A stretch of 64,000 nucleotides of DNA, from NCBI GenBank assembly GCA_016873895.1, contig VGVV01000002.1:100188-164187 (forward strand), given 5' to 3'. Below are positions 19,565-28,916 of the stretch, one piece after another. Both the position numbers and the translations under genes were made by a program. The stretch comes from Ignavibacteria bacterium (lineage in GTDB: Bacteria; Bacteroidota; Ignavibacteria; Kapaibacteriales; Kapaibacteriaceae). The number at the start of each line of letters is the position of its first letter. Position 1 is the first letter of the stretch. The notes under the pieces are model-generated. The model was given only the letters and a program-made list of their open reading frames with translations, was not told where the DNA came from and did not search any database.

Positions 19565-20646
19565 TACGAATTATCACACGATATGTGCTGCGGCAATATC
19601 TAGTAACAGTGCTCTTTGCAGTGCTGGCATTAACGGTACTTTTTGTGCTTGTTGATCTTTTCAATCAGCTCGATAAGTTCCTCGACCATAAAACACCAGG
19701 CTCGGCAATCGTTGAATACTACTTCAGCTATGTGCCCCAAATTGTCGAGCTCATCACCCCAATTGCGATCATGCTGTCTGGGCTGTTCTCTATCGGAAGA
19801 CTCAGCAACCTGAATGAGATCACGGCGATGCGTGCTGGCGGGATCAGCACAACGCGGCTATTGTTGCCCATACTCGCTGTGGGACTGCTCTTAAGTGCCG
19901 CCCAGCTATACTTCAACGGTTGGGTTGTTCCAGTTGCAAGTAGAGCGAAGGTCGAAATTGAACGACGTTACCTTGGAAACGATGCTGGTAGAAATGTCCT
20001 GAACGACATGTTCTTTCGTGAGCAGCCAATGCTCAACATCACAATTAGCCGATATGATATCGATGCTCGTCAGGGTAGTGCCGTAACGATCGAGGAGTTC
20101 TCGTCATCCGAAAAGCCCCGTATGGTCAAGCACTGGGACGTTGGCACGATCATGTGGGATAGCACTTCGTCGTCATGGGTTGGTCGTGGTATTGTTCAAC
20201 GCGCGTTTTCATCGGATCCTGTACGAATCGAATCCATTGCTCAGGGCCGGATTCCCTTTACAACCCAGCCAAGTGAGATAATGCGTTTGCAGCAGACGAT
20301 TGATGAGATGACATTTACGGATATCGAGCAGCATATCAGGACACTGCGTAAAGGTGGTAAAGAGACCCGTGGTATCGAGATCGATTTGGCAGGTCAGTGG
20401 GCATTCCCATTTGTGAACGTTATCGTAATCATGCTCACTGCGCCCTTTGCGGCCGTACGTATGCGAGGCGGCGCAGCAGTGAATATCTCGCTCGCCATGA
20501 TTGTATCGATTAGCTACATTGCATTCACAAAAATTGGACAGGCAGTTGGAACGAACTCTGATTTGCCTGTATGGGTGGTTGGGTGGAGTTCGAATATCAT
20601 TTTTGGATGTCTGGGATTGATGGTGGCGTATCGATTTCGCAAGTAA
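19561..20646 (+). CDS. LptF/LptG family LPS export permease
   Basis: YjgP/YjgQ-family N-terminus IITRYVLRQYLVTVLFAVLALTVLFVLVDL. GTG start. 361 aa. Confidence 0.85.
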   Translation: MIRIITRYVLRQYLVTVLFAVLALTVLFVLVDLFNQLDKFLDHKTPGSAIVEYYFSYVPQIVELITPIAIMLSGLFSIGRLSNLNEITAMRAGGISTTRLLLPILAVGLLLSAAQLYFNGWVVPVASRAKVEIERRYLGNDAGRNVLNDMFFREQPMLNITISRYDIDARQGSAVTIEEFSSSEKPRMVKHWDVGTIMWDSTSSSWVGRGIVQRAFSSDPVRIESIAQGRIPFTTQPSEIMRLQQTIDEMTFTDIEQHIRTLRKGGKETRGIEIDLAGQWAFPFVNVIVIMLTAPFAAVRMRGGAAVNISLAMIVSISYIAFTKIGQAVGTNSDLPVWVVGWSSNIIFGCLGLMVAYRFRK

Positions 20647-20661
20647 CGGCTTTTAGCAAGT

Positions 20662-23600
20662 ATGTTTACTGCTTGTATCTTCATCATGATGCTCTTTGTT
20701 GCCTACCGTATGCCCGGCCAGGTCTTTGAGTTTGTGCAACCAAGCTTGTCAGGAATAGATTTTCGTAACGACATACGCGAAACAGACACCGTCAATATTC
20801 TTGTAGACTTCTACATGTTCAACGGTGGAGGAGTTGCCGTAGGTGATCTCGATAATGATGGCCTACAGGATATTGTCTTTACCAGCACGCAGCAGGGCAT
20901 ACGGTACTACAAAAATCTTGGCGGACTTAGATTTCGCGACGAAACAATCAAAGCGAACCTATTGATCTCTGATTCTTTACAGAATACGGGCGTACTCATT
21001 GCAGATCTCAATGGTGATGGACTTCTAGACGTGTACATTAGTCGCCGATACTCGAAGAATCGCGTCTTTATCAATAGGGGGCAGGCACGTTTCGAGGATG
21101 TAACAGAGACGAGTCCGCTTGGAGTTCGTACATTTACAACACAGGCGTCGCAGCTCGATTACGATCGTGATGGCGACCTTGATCTATTGCTTGTAAATAG
21201 CGGTGAGCCCCGTCGCAAAGGGTATATCAATCCTGGGACGTCAGACATCCTCTTCCGTAATGATAGTGCAGGATCGTATACCAACGTATCCTCACAGTCG
21301 AGTATTGCAGATAAAGGTTACGGGCTATCTGCTGGTATTGGTGATATCGATGATGATGGTTGGCCCGATATCTACATCGCCAATGATTTCGAAGAACGTG
21401 ACAAGGTGTGGCTCAACAAACGTGATGGCACATTCGAAGAGGTAGCCTCTGCACGGCTTCCGAATATGTCTTGGGCTTCGATGGGGAGTGATGTTGCAGA
21501 TATCAACTCCGACGGGATGATGGATGTTGTTACAGTGGACATGTTGCCCCGAGACAATTACCGGCGTCAAACCCAGCTTGGGGGTATGTCGATTTATGGA
21601 CCATTCTTCGACTCATTGCAACGAGTCAGCAACACGTTTCAGTTGAACCGTGGTGGTGGTCAGTTCGTGAACATCGGCCATCTATCTGGGATGTCTGCCA
21701 CTGATTGGAGTTGGACAATCCTGGCGCAAGATTTCGACCTTGATGCAGATGTGGATCTGTTTGTTTCAAATGGTACAAAGCGCGACCTGGGTGACCAGGA
21801 CTTTACCTACAACTTTTTGTCGGCGCCCAGTGCATACCGCGCCGACAGTTACCGATCGATGCCATCAACACGCCTGTCCAATTTTCTGTTTATGAATCGT
21901 GGCAACAATGCCGAACATCTTCGTTTTGATGAACGAGGAAAAGATCTTGGATTGCCGGAAACTATCATCTCAAATGGTGCAGCCTACGCAGATCTGGATA
22001 ATGATGGCGATATGGATCTTGTTGTGAACAACACCGATACGGTAGCCTTTGTGTATCGCAACACAACAGTCGAGTCCATTCATCCGATATGGTGTGGCAT
22101 AGTGCTTCGTGGAGACACACGGAATATTCAGGGAATCGGTGCGCGGGTAACGTGGAGCGTATCATCTGGAACGAAGAGTCGGCGCGTTGTGCAAGAATGT
22201 TATGCCGTGCGAGGTTTTCAATCGACGTCCGACGCGCGCTTGGTTGTGGCTCTTCATACTGGCGAGCGCATTGACAGCGTTGTCGTAGACTGGTCAAACG
22301 GCACACGAACGGTCGGTAACAACCTGGCTCTCATGCGCTACAATACCCTTACGATGTCGACTGATGGCCTGCAACATCACGTGTTAGCCACTGGTGCAAA
22401 GCCCCCTCTCAAGACCCTATTCGCGCGCCTTCCAGATAGCTTGCTGCCGTTTCGCCATCGCGAGAATTCCTACGACGATTTCAAGCGTGAGCGCCTTGTG
22501 CCCTATAGATTCTCGAAGGATGGCCCAGCTATGGCCGTGGGCGATGTTAATGGCGACAAGCTGGCCGATGTGATCACCGCCGGAGCAAAGTATCAGCCAA
22601 CACAGTGTTTTATGCAGCGACCAGATGGCTCATTTGAGCCAGCAGACTGCGGCTTGGACGACGCAGTAGAAGCAGAGGACATCGATGTAGCCTTGGTAGA
22701 CGTCGATGGGGACAAAGATTTGGATTTGATAGTCGTGACAGGGGGCTCGGAGTTCGAAACAGATGACGTCGAGTTGAATGACCGTCTCTACCTGAACGAC
22801 GGCAAGGGCAACTTTGTGCGGAAGCCTGAAGAGCTCGCCACTGCAGTTGCCGGCTCTTGCGTAGTTGCGAGCGATTATGACAGCGACGGAGATGTAGATC
22901 TCTTCGTTGGTGGTCGTGTTGTTCCTGGGCGATTCCCAGAACTGGCACCGAGTGTTTTATACGCAAATGTCAAGGGACACTTTGTTGATGTTACCGATAG
23001 CATTGCTCCAGGGCTTCGTTTTGCTGGCATGACAACCTCTGCGCAATGGGTTGATATTGACAATGATAACGATCAAGACCTAGTGGTGGTTGGTGAGTGG
23101 ATGACACCTCGTGTTTGGCGCAATGTAAAGGGTAGGTTTACTGAAGTAACATCGTCACTTGGACTGGATTCTTTGCAAGGATGGTGGTGTGTGGTGCGTG
23201 CTGCCGATGTTGATGGTGATGGCGATCAAGACCTCGTGCTTGGTAACAACGGAGTGAATTGTCTGTACCGCCCCACACCCTCTTGGCCAATCGAGTGCTT
23301 TGCCGCTGATTTTGACGATAATGGTTCGATAGACCCGCTGATCTTTTACTACGTTGACGGCAAATTGGTCCCAACGCGTGGACGCACAACGTTGATCGGC
23401 CACATGCCAACCATGACGCGCAGCTTTACAACATTCTCAGCGTATGCGTCTGCGAGCATAGACAAGTTTCTAACCCCTGCGCAGAGAAACTCTGCAGTAC
23501 ATCTCGTTACACGAACATTTGAGTCCGGTATTCTGCGTAATACACCACAGGGTTTCGTCTTCGAGGCATTCCCCAACATCGCCCAAGTTGCCCCGATAAA

Positions 23601-23889
23601 AGATATGCTGCTGATTGACGTTGATAACGACAACGACCTGGACATTCTTGCAGTGGGCAATTCAAAAACAGCGGATGGCGACAACATCGGCTACGATGCT
23701 GGTATGGGGCTTGTAATGCGCAATGATGGAAGCGGCAGATACGCCCCGCTTCTTGCCACCGAGAGTGGCGTTGTGATCAGACGGGAATGCCGGCGAATTG
23801 TTCGCATACCTCGCCTGGGTAAACCTTCGCTGATTGGTGTTACCACAAATTCTTCTTCACCAATTCTCTTCACTGACCCGTCACGGTAA
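20662..23889 (+). CDS. CRTAC1-family protein (FG-GAP/VCBS beta-propeller repeats with an ASPIC/UnbV domain)
   Basis: Repeated DxDGDGxxD Ca-binding/FG-GAP motifs (DLDNDGLQDIVF, DLNGDGLLDVY, DYDRDGDLD ...). ASPIC/UnbV-like segment IQGIGARVTWSVSSGTKSRRVVQE. 1075 aa. Confidence 0.75.
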   Translation: MFTACIFIMMLFVAYRMPGQVFEFVQPSLSGIDFRNDIRETDTVNILVDFYMFNGGGVAVGDLDNDGLQDIVFTSTQQGIRYYKNLGGLRFRDETIKANLLISDSLQNTGVLIADLNGDGLLDVYISRRYSKNRVFINRGQARFEDVTETSPLGVRTFTTQASQLDYDRDGDLDLLLVNSGEPRRKGYINPGTSDILFRNDSAGSYTNVSSQSSIADKGYGLSAGIGDIDDDGWPDIYIANDFEERDKVWLNKRDGTFEEVASARLPNMSWASMGSDVADINSDGMMDVVTVDMLPRDNYRRQTQLGGMSIYGPFFDSLQRVSNTFQLNRGGGQFVNIGHLSGMSATDWSWTILAQDFDLDADVDLFVSNGTKRDLGDQDFTYNFLSAPSAYRADSYRSMPSTRLSNFLFMNRGNNAEHLRFDERGKDLGLPETIISNGAAYADLDNDGDMDLVVNNTDTVAFVYRNTTVESIHPIWCGIVLRGDTRNIQGIGARVTWSVSSGTKSRRVVQECYAVRGFQSTSDARLVVALHTGERIDSVVVDWSNGTRTVGNNLALMRYNTLTMSTDGLQHHVLATGAKPPLKTLFARLPDSLLPFRHRENSYDDFKRERLVPYRFSKDGPAMAVGDVNGDKLADVITAGAKYQPTQCFMQRPDGSFEPADCGLDDAVEAEDIDVALVDVDGDKDLDLIVVTGGSEFETDDVELNDRLYLNDGKGNFVRKPEELATAVAGSCVVASDYDSDGDVDLFVGGRVVPGRFPELAPSVLYANVKGHFVDVTDSIAPGLRFAGMTTSAQWVDIDNDNDQDLVVVGEWMTPRVWRNVKGRFTEVTSSLGLDSLQGWWCVVRAADVDGDGDQDLVLGNNGVNCLYRPTPSWPIECFAADFDDNGSIDPLIFYYVDGKLVPTRGRTTLIGHMPTMTRSFTTFSAYASASIDKFLTPAQRNSAVHLVTRTFESGILRNTPQGFVFEAFPNIAQVAPIKDMLLIDVDNDNDLDILAVGNSKTADGDNIGYDAGMGLVMRNDGSGRYAPLLATESGVVIRRECRRIVRIPRLGKPSLIGVTTNSSSPILFTDPSR

Positions 23890-23913
23890 GGGGCTGGGCA
23901 GTATTTTTGATGT

Positions 23914-25218
23914 ATGAAAACTATTCTACGCACAGTACTCTGTGCCCTAAGTGTATCTGTACTCAGCGCACGTGTGTCGTCTCTTACAGGTGAAGAGATT
24001 GTGCACCAATGGAATCGGCTGGTTATCGAGGTGATTATGGAGGATGGGTTTGGTCCGCCGGTAGCGGCCCGTATCCATTCGTATGCGAATCTCGCTGGGT
24101 ATCAGGCTGCCTATCATGCAGACAAATCATATACAAGCATGGTGGGACAGCTGAACGGGTTTGCCTCTTGTCCGAGCCCTTCTGCCGATTCGGTGTATGA
24201 TTGGAGAGTATCTGCCGCAGCCGCCTACCAGATTGCCTGTAGCAAACTGCTGTATCGAATCGTGTATTCCGATAGTCTGGCCAAGGTGCACTTTGACGTT
24301 CTCGCAAAGGAAGTTCCAGAGGATGTTTTCCGCAGGTCGAAGGATTTTGGTGTAGCTGTTGGGAAAGCGATAAATGCCTATGCCAAGGCCGACGGATATA
24401 CTCGTACCCAAGGGCTACCTGAGTTTGAATGGCCCCGTTGCGACTCTTGCTGGATTCCAACGCCACCAAACTTTGCACGCCCCCTGTCTCCATACTGTGG
24501 GCAGGTCCGTACGATTGTGCTCAAGAGTGCTAGCGAGTTTCCTGTTCCACCGAGCATCAAGTATAGTACAGAAAAGGGATCTGAATTTTACAAGGCAGCG
24601 GTCGAGGTAATGACCATCAAGAACACCCTAACTGCGGAACAAAAAGCAATTGCGGATTTCTGGAACGACAATCCAGTGCTCACGAACTACCACGGACACT
24701 TTATCTACAACTCACGTCAGATATCACCTGGTGGCCACTGGATGAACATCGCCGAGCAGGTGATGATCCAAGAAAAGACGCCTATGGTTCGCTCGATGGA
24801 GGTATACTCGATGCTGGCTTTTGCCTTGTTTGATGGATTTACGGCGTGTTGGCAGGAGAAGTTCCGCGGCAACCTGATTCGTCCAGTGAGCTATATAAAT
24901 TCCTACATCGACAAAACCTGGGAACCTTTACTACAGACTCCACCGTTTCCGGAGCATGCCAGTGGTCACTCGACCATCACAGCGGCTGCGGCAGAAGTGT
25001 TAACGCATCATTTCGGGGATGTGGCTTTTGTTGATAGCACTGAAGTTCCATTTGGGTGGCCAGCCCGATCGTTTGCAAATTTTCGTGTTGCAGCAATGGA
25101 AGCTTCAGTCAGTAGACTCTATGGTGGTATTCACTACCGAAGGGGATGTGATGCAGGGAATGAACACGGCAAACTCATAGGACAAGCCGTAATAAATCGG
25201 GTTAATCTAAAGCGATGA
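23914..25218 (+). CDS. Vanadate-binding haloperoxidase/PAP2-superfamily protein (secreted)
   Basis: Signal peptide. All three active-site motifs are present: KFRGNLIRP (KxxxxxxRP), ASGHS (SGH), and RLYGGIH (RxxxGxH). Confidence 0.7.
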   Translation: MKTILRTVLCALSVSVLSARVSSLTGEEIVHQWNRLVIEVIMEDGFGPPVAARIHSYANLAGYQAAYHADKSYTSMVGQLNGFASCPSPSADSVYDWRVSAAAAYQIACSKLLYRIVYSDSLAKVHFDVLAKEVPEDVFRRSKDFGVAVGKAINAYAKADGYTRTQGLPEFEWPRCDSCWIPTPPNFARPLSPYCGQVRTIVLKSASEFPVPPSIKYSTEKGSEFYKAAVEVMTIKNTLTAEQKAIADFWNDNPVLTNYHGHFIYNSRQISPGGHWMNIAEQVMIQEKTPMVRSMEVYSMLAFALFDGFTACWQEKFRGNLIRPVSYINSYIDKTWEPLLQTPPFPEHASGHSTITAAAAEVLTHHFGDVAFVDSTEVPFGWPARSFANFRVAAMEASVSRLYGGIHYRRGCDAGNEHGKLIGQAVINRVNLKR

Positions 25219-25817
25219 ACAAACTAGCGATTGCGCTACTGACGGTGTTTGCTATTGGGGGGTGCGAAACGTCAACGCCACCCTCTTCGCCACCACCTGT
25301 CGATACCACGGTTGTAAGCTTTCAAGACGTGCGTGCAGACAGCGCAGCGGGATGGCTGTATTACTCCTGTGAAAGAGGAGCTCTGGTTCCTGCCGGTGAT
25401 TCGGCAACAACATCATGGGATGTTCGACTGCCGTACATACAGTGCTGTGGTAAGACCAAGTTTATACCGGTCCAGCTGAATTCGGGTCCGAACGGCCCTG
25501 GATCAGTTGCGGGCGCGATTGCCACTGGGCGATTCGACAATGTCGCAAGCCTGCCAGATGGCGTGGTGCTTCGCTCGGACGATGCAACAAATCCTGTTGT
25601 GCCTCTACCCGTGTTGGGGCCGAATATTTACTTTGTCTACGACATCGCCACACACACACTGCGTCCTGTGCCAGACAAGGTTCTGATCATTAAATCGTCG
25701 TCGGGCAAAGTCTATAAGTTCCAGATCACAAGTATCTACAAAAACGCGGAGTCTAATCCGACGCAAGAAACTCCGATCGGATTTTACCATTTTCGCAGTG
25801 CACAAATCGCCAATTAG
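25215..25817 (+). CDS. HmuY-like lipoprotein
   Basis: Lipobox AIGGC. Matches to the HmuY pattern: SWDVRLPY...NSGPNGPG...FDNV and the C-terminal [17 protein letters not shown]...GFYHF. Confidence 0.45.
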   Translation: MNKLAIALLTVFAIGGCETSTPPSSPPPVDTTVVSFQDVRADSAAGWLYYSCERGALVPAGDSATTSWDVRLPYIQCCGKTKFIPVQLNSGPNGPGSVAGAIATGRFDNVASLPDGVVLRSDDATNPVVPLPVLGPNIYFVYDIATHTLRPVPDKVLIIKSSSGKVYKFQITSIYKNAESNPTQETPIGFYHFRSAQIAN

Positions 25818-25825
25818 GAGAATTC

Positions 25826-26812
25826 ATGTACGGAAATATTACAGTGGTTGATGCAACACCGAATCAGGATGGACATCAAGACGATCCAGTGAAGCTTGCT
25901 GAGTTTGAAGCCAGGATCGCTCGTGGAGAAAAGATCGAGCCGCATGATTGGATGCCAACTGAGTATCGACGTCAGCTCATCCGTATGATTGAACAGCATG
26001 CGCACTCCGAGGTTATTGGAGCATTGCCGGAGGGTACATGGATTACTCGAGCTCCGGGATTTAAGCGCAAGATTGCGCTCATGGCAAAGGTGCAGGACGA
26101 GATTGGGCACGCCCAATTACTCTACTCTGCTGCTGAAACGCTTGGTAAGCCCCGCGAACACATGATTGATGACCTTCTTACTGGGAAGTCGAAATATTCA
26201 AATGTGTTCAATTACCCTGCTTTTACATGGGCAGATACTGCGGTTATTGCCTGGCTGATCGATGCGTCGGCTATCATTAACCAGGTTGCAAACTCGAAGG
26301 GGTCGTATGCTCCGTATGCACGCGCACTCGAACGGATTTGCATGGAGGAGTCGTTTCATCTCAAGTATGGCTACGATAACGTTGTAGCGCTGGCAACAGG
26401 CACAGCAAGGCAGCGCGAAATGCTGCAGGAGGCCTTTAATCGCTGGTGGCGCCCTATCATGCACTTTTTTGGTCCACCGGATGTTGCAAGTCAACACACA
26501 GAAAAGCTGATGAAGTGGAAAGTGAAGATGGCCACAAACGACGATATGCGTCAGCAGTTCTTTAACCAGTACGTTCCTAAGATTCTTGAGCTTGGGCTTG
26601 AGATACCAGACAATGAGCTCAAGAAGGATCCGGTAACTGGCAGGTGGTCGTATGGTGATCCTGACTGGAGTGAGTTTAAACGGGTTATCAATGGCGATGG
26701 CCCATGTAACAAGGAACGTCTGGCTGTTCGCCGAATGGCTGAAGAGCAGGGCCGATGGGTGCGCCAGGCCTTGGCGCGTCCGTCCGAGAAGTATATGGCC
26801 CCGCACGCCTAA
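25826..26812 (+). CDS. paaA: 1,2-phenylacetyl-CoA epoxidase subunit A-like di-iron protein
   Basis: [21 protein letters not shown] and [13 protein letters not shown] di-iron ligand motifs. 328 aa. No paaBCDE genes are adjacent. Confidence 0.75.
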   Translation: MYGNITVVDATPNQDGHQDDPVKLAEFEARIARGEKIEPHDWMPTEYRRQLIRMIEQHAHSEVIGALPEGTWITRAPGFKRKIALMAKVQDEIGHAQLLYSAAETLGKPREHMIDDLLTGKSKYSNVFNYPAFTWADTAVIAWLIDASAIINQVANSKGSYAPYARALERICMEESFHLKYGYDNVVALATGTARQREMLQEAFNRWWRPIMHFFGPPDVASQHTEKLMKWKVKMATNDDMRQQFFNQYVPKILELGLEIPDNELKKDPVTGRWSYGDPDWSEFKRVINGDGPCNKERLAVRRMAEEQGRWVRQALARPSEKYMAPHA

Positions 26813-26833
26813 CAATAGACGAAGCATTTTTTA

Positions 26834-26873
26834 ACGCCCAACCCGCATCAAACGGGCTGGGCGTTGTATTTTT
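26834..26873 (+). terminator. Rho-independent terminator after paaA
   Basis: ACGCCCAACCCG-CATCAAA-CGGGCUGGGCGU hairpin (11/12 bp) followed by UGUAUUUUU. Confidence 0.7.
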
Positions 26874-26946
26874 GGGGTTCCCCTTTTACCCATATAGGGC
26901 AAGGCCTGTGCCAACACCTGTACCGTACCCCGCAGATCATAATGGC

Positions 26947-27705
26947 GTGCTCTCCCAGTTTGAAGCCTTTGTAAGGCTCGTGACCATACTACGGGAGCAA
27001 TGTCCGTGGGACATGAAGCAAACGCATGAGTCGATATCACACCTGTTGCTCGAGGAGGCTTATGAAACCATCGAAGCAATCGAGAAGGCTGATGACCAGG
27101 AGTTTTCGAAGGAACTGGGAGACTTGCTACTCCATGTGGTGATGCATGGCGTTATTGCACAGCAACGGGGCGCGTTCACACTCAGGGATGTTATTGAGCA
27201 GGAGTTCAACAAGCTTGTGAACAGGCATCCACACATCTTTGCCGATGAAACGGTCGCAGATGAAAAGGCTGTACTGCAAAATTGGGAACGCCTCAAAATG
27301 AATGAAGGCAGAACATCAATCCTCGACGGCGTACCAAAGGCACTACCTGCAGCGCTGCGTGCGCAGCGCGTTCAAGAGAAGGCGGCGAATGTTGGGTTTG
27401 ATTGGCACGACCGACGAGATGTTTGGGCCAAGGTGAATGAAGAATTGGCTGAGCTGCAGGTCGAAATTGCGGATGGTCATGCAGATGGTGTGGAGAGGGA
27501 ATTTGGCGACGTCCTCTTTGCGCTGGTCAATGCCGCACGACATGAAGGAGTAATCGCCGAGCATGCGTTGCATCGCACGATTGAGACGTTTAAGGCACGA
27601 TTCCAGCATATCGAAGGCCGCGCTGCCGAACATGGCCGGGAGCTTCGGTCGATGACGCTCGAAGAGATGGATAGATATTGGGATGAAGCAAAGGAACAAC
27701 TATGA
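26947..27705 (+). CDS. mazG: Nucleoside triphosphate pyrophosphohydrolase MazG
   Basis: LREQCPWDMKQTHESISHLLLEEAYE and tandem MazG EExxE motifs. The listed ATG at 26755 lies inside paaA and upstream of a terminator, so the start is more likely GTG at 26947. Confidence 0.7.
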   Translation: MLSQFEAFVRLVTILREQCPWDMKQTHESISHLLLEEAYETIEAIEKADDQEFSKELGDLLLHVVMHGVIAQQRGAFTLRDVIEQEFNKLVNRHPHIFADETVADEKAVLQNWERLKMNEGRTSILDGVPKALPAALRAQRVQEKAANVGFDWHDRRDVWAKVNEELAELQVEIADGHADGVEREFGDVLFALVNAARHEGVIAEHALHRTIETFKARFQHIEGRAAEHGRELRSMTLEEMDRYWDEAKEQL

Positions 27706-28916
27706 GAGACATCGCATCGCTCGTTATTGCATGTACAATTGTAGCGTCATGTACGAGGTCCTCAGATACCGAGGAGGCAGAGTTTCAGAGCAAGCAAGAC
27801 TCGGTTTCCCGCATCACGGACTCTGCTTCCTTGGCAGCCATGAAGGTAGAAGAGGAGAACGTTGACACAACATCTTTTACGATTACAGATTCAACGATAC
27901 AAATCAAGAGAGACATCTACCCAACCGTAACAGGCCGCATCGTTAGTCTGCTCGTTACCGGAATAGACGCAAGATTGGGTGAAGGGTCTGGCAGGGCTGA
28001 TGCTAATCACATCATCCGCTTCATTCTAGATTCTGGCTATATCGAGATTATTTCAATTCCTCGTGGCACGTACGCAAATGCAGGCTTCGACGACACGACA
28101 AACTTGAATATGATCGCGAACGTTCGCACTGCACGTGGCAAGCAAGCATATCTGCGGGAAGTTGCACGCATTGCCGGAATCCCTAAAGTAGACTACTGGG
28201 TTGAGTTTGGCTTCTCCCAAGCAATTGGTCTGCTCGAACTCATGGGATACAAGGAGAATGCGAACTCGACGCTACGCGTTTTGCGCTCGAGAAAAGCGTA
28301 TGCCTCCGGAGATTTTCAGCGCTCATACAACCAGGGGCAATTCATTCGTCAGGCGGTTTTGCGCACGTTCGATAAAACGGACGATGTAATGGGGCAGCTT
28401 GCAATGCGGGCAGCATTGATGCTGGTGGAAACCAATTTGACTTATGACATCACGCAATATCTTTTGAATGAGGTGCGAGGGAAGGGATTCTCCTCGGCAT
28501 CACAAGATCGTATCTGGGTGCGTATGAGGCCGGCAACTGTATCTCGATTCCAAGTATTCAGCTTTGACTCCTCGAATGTTGGCCGACTCAATGAGCAGAT
28601 CTCAAAGCGTGTTGACCCAATGATACCAGATAGTGCTGCCGAGCGCTCTGCAGATTATGAACGGCGTCTTGTCAGGATTGTCGAGCGCGCTGGGGCCGAT
28701 AGTGCTTCTGCCCCCAAGCGGGTGATATCAGCTCTTTCTCGTCCCTTTTTGCAAAGAGCTTGGCTGCAGATTCAAGACAAGCAGAAGCGACTTGTGACCC
28801 GTGATCGCATTTGTGGATTGCTCATGAGCGCACATACGCGCGCGGGCGATACAGCTGCCGTTAGCTCAATTCAGCAGTACCTTGAGATTGATAACAAAGC
28901 TACCGCAGGTAGGTAA
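27702..28916 (+). CDS. LytR-CpsA-Psr (LCP) family protein, lipoprotein
   Basis: Lipobox VASC. LCP core motifs: RADANHIIRF (like RSDTIMLV) and IISIPRGTYANAG (like SIPRDT). Confidence 0.5.
   Translation: MRDIASLVIACTIVASCTRSSDTEEAEFQSKQDSVSRITDSASLAAMKVEEENVDTTSFTITDSTIQIKRDIYPTVTGRIVSLLVTGIDARLGEGSGRADANHIIRFILDSGYIEIISIPRGTYANAGFDDTTNLNMIANVRTARGKQAYLREVARIAGIPKVDYWVEFGFSQAIGLLELMGYKENANSTLRVLRSRKAYASGDFQRSYNQGQFIRQAVLRTFDKTDDVMGQLAMRAALMLVETNLTYDITQYLLNEVRGKGFSSASQDRIWVRMRPATVSRFQVFSFDSSNVGRLNEQISKRVDPMIPDSAAERSADYERRLVRIVERAGADSASAPKRVISALSRPFLQRAWLQIQDKQKRLVTRDRICGLLMSAHTRAGDTAAVSSIQQYLEIDNKATAGR

Noticed and set aside
23138-23687. Clusters of minus-strand ORFs (82-112 aa) within 20662-23889
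   Set aside because: They are embedded antisense in the CRTAC1-family gene, whose plus-strand frame is continuous with repeated FG-GAP motifs.
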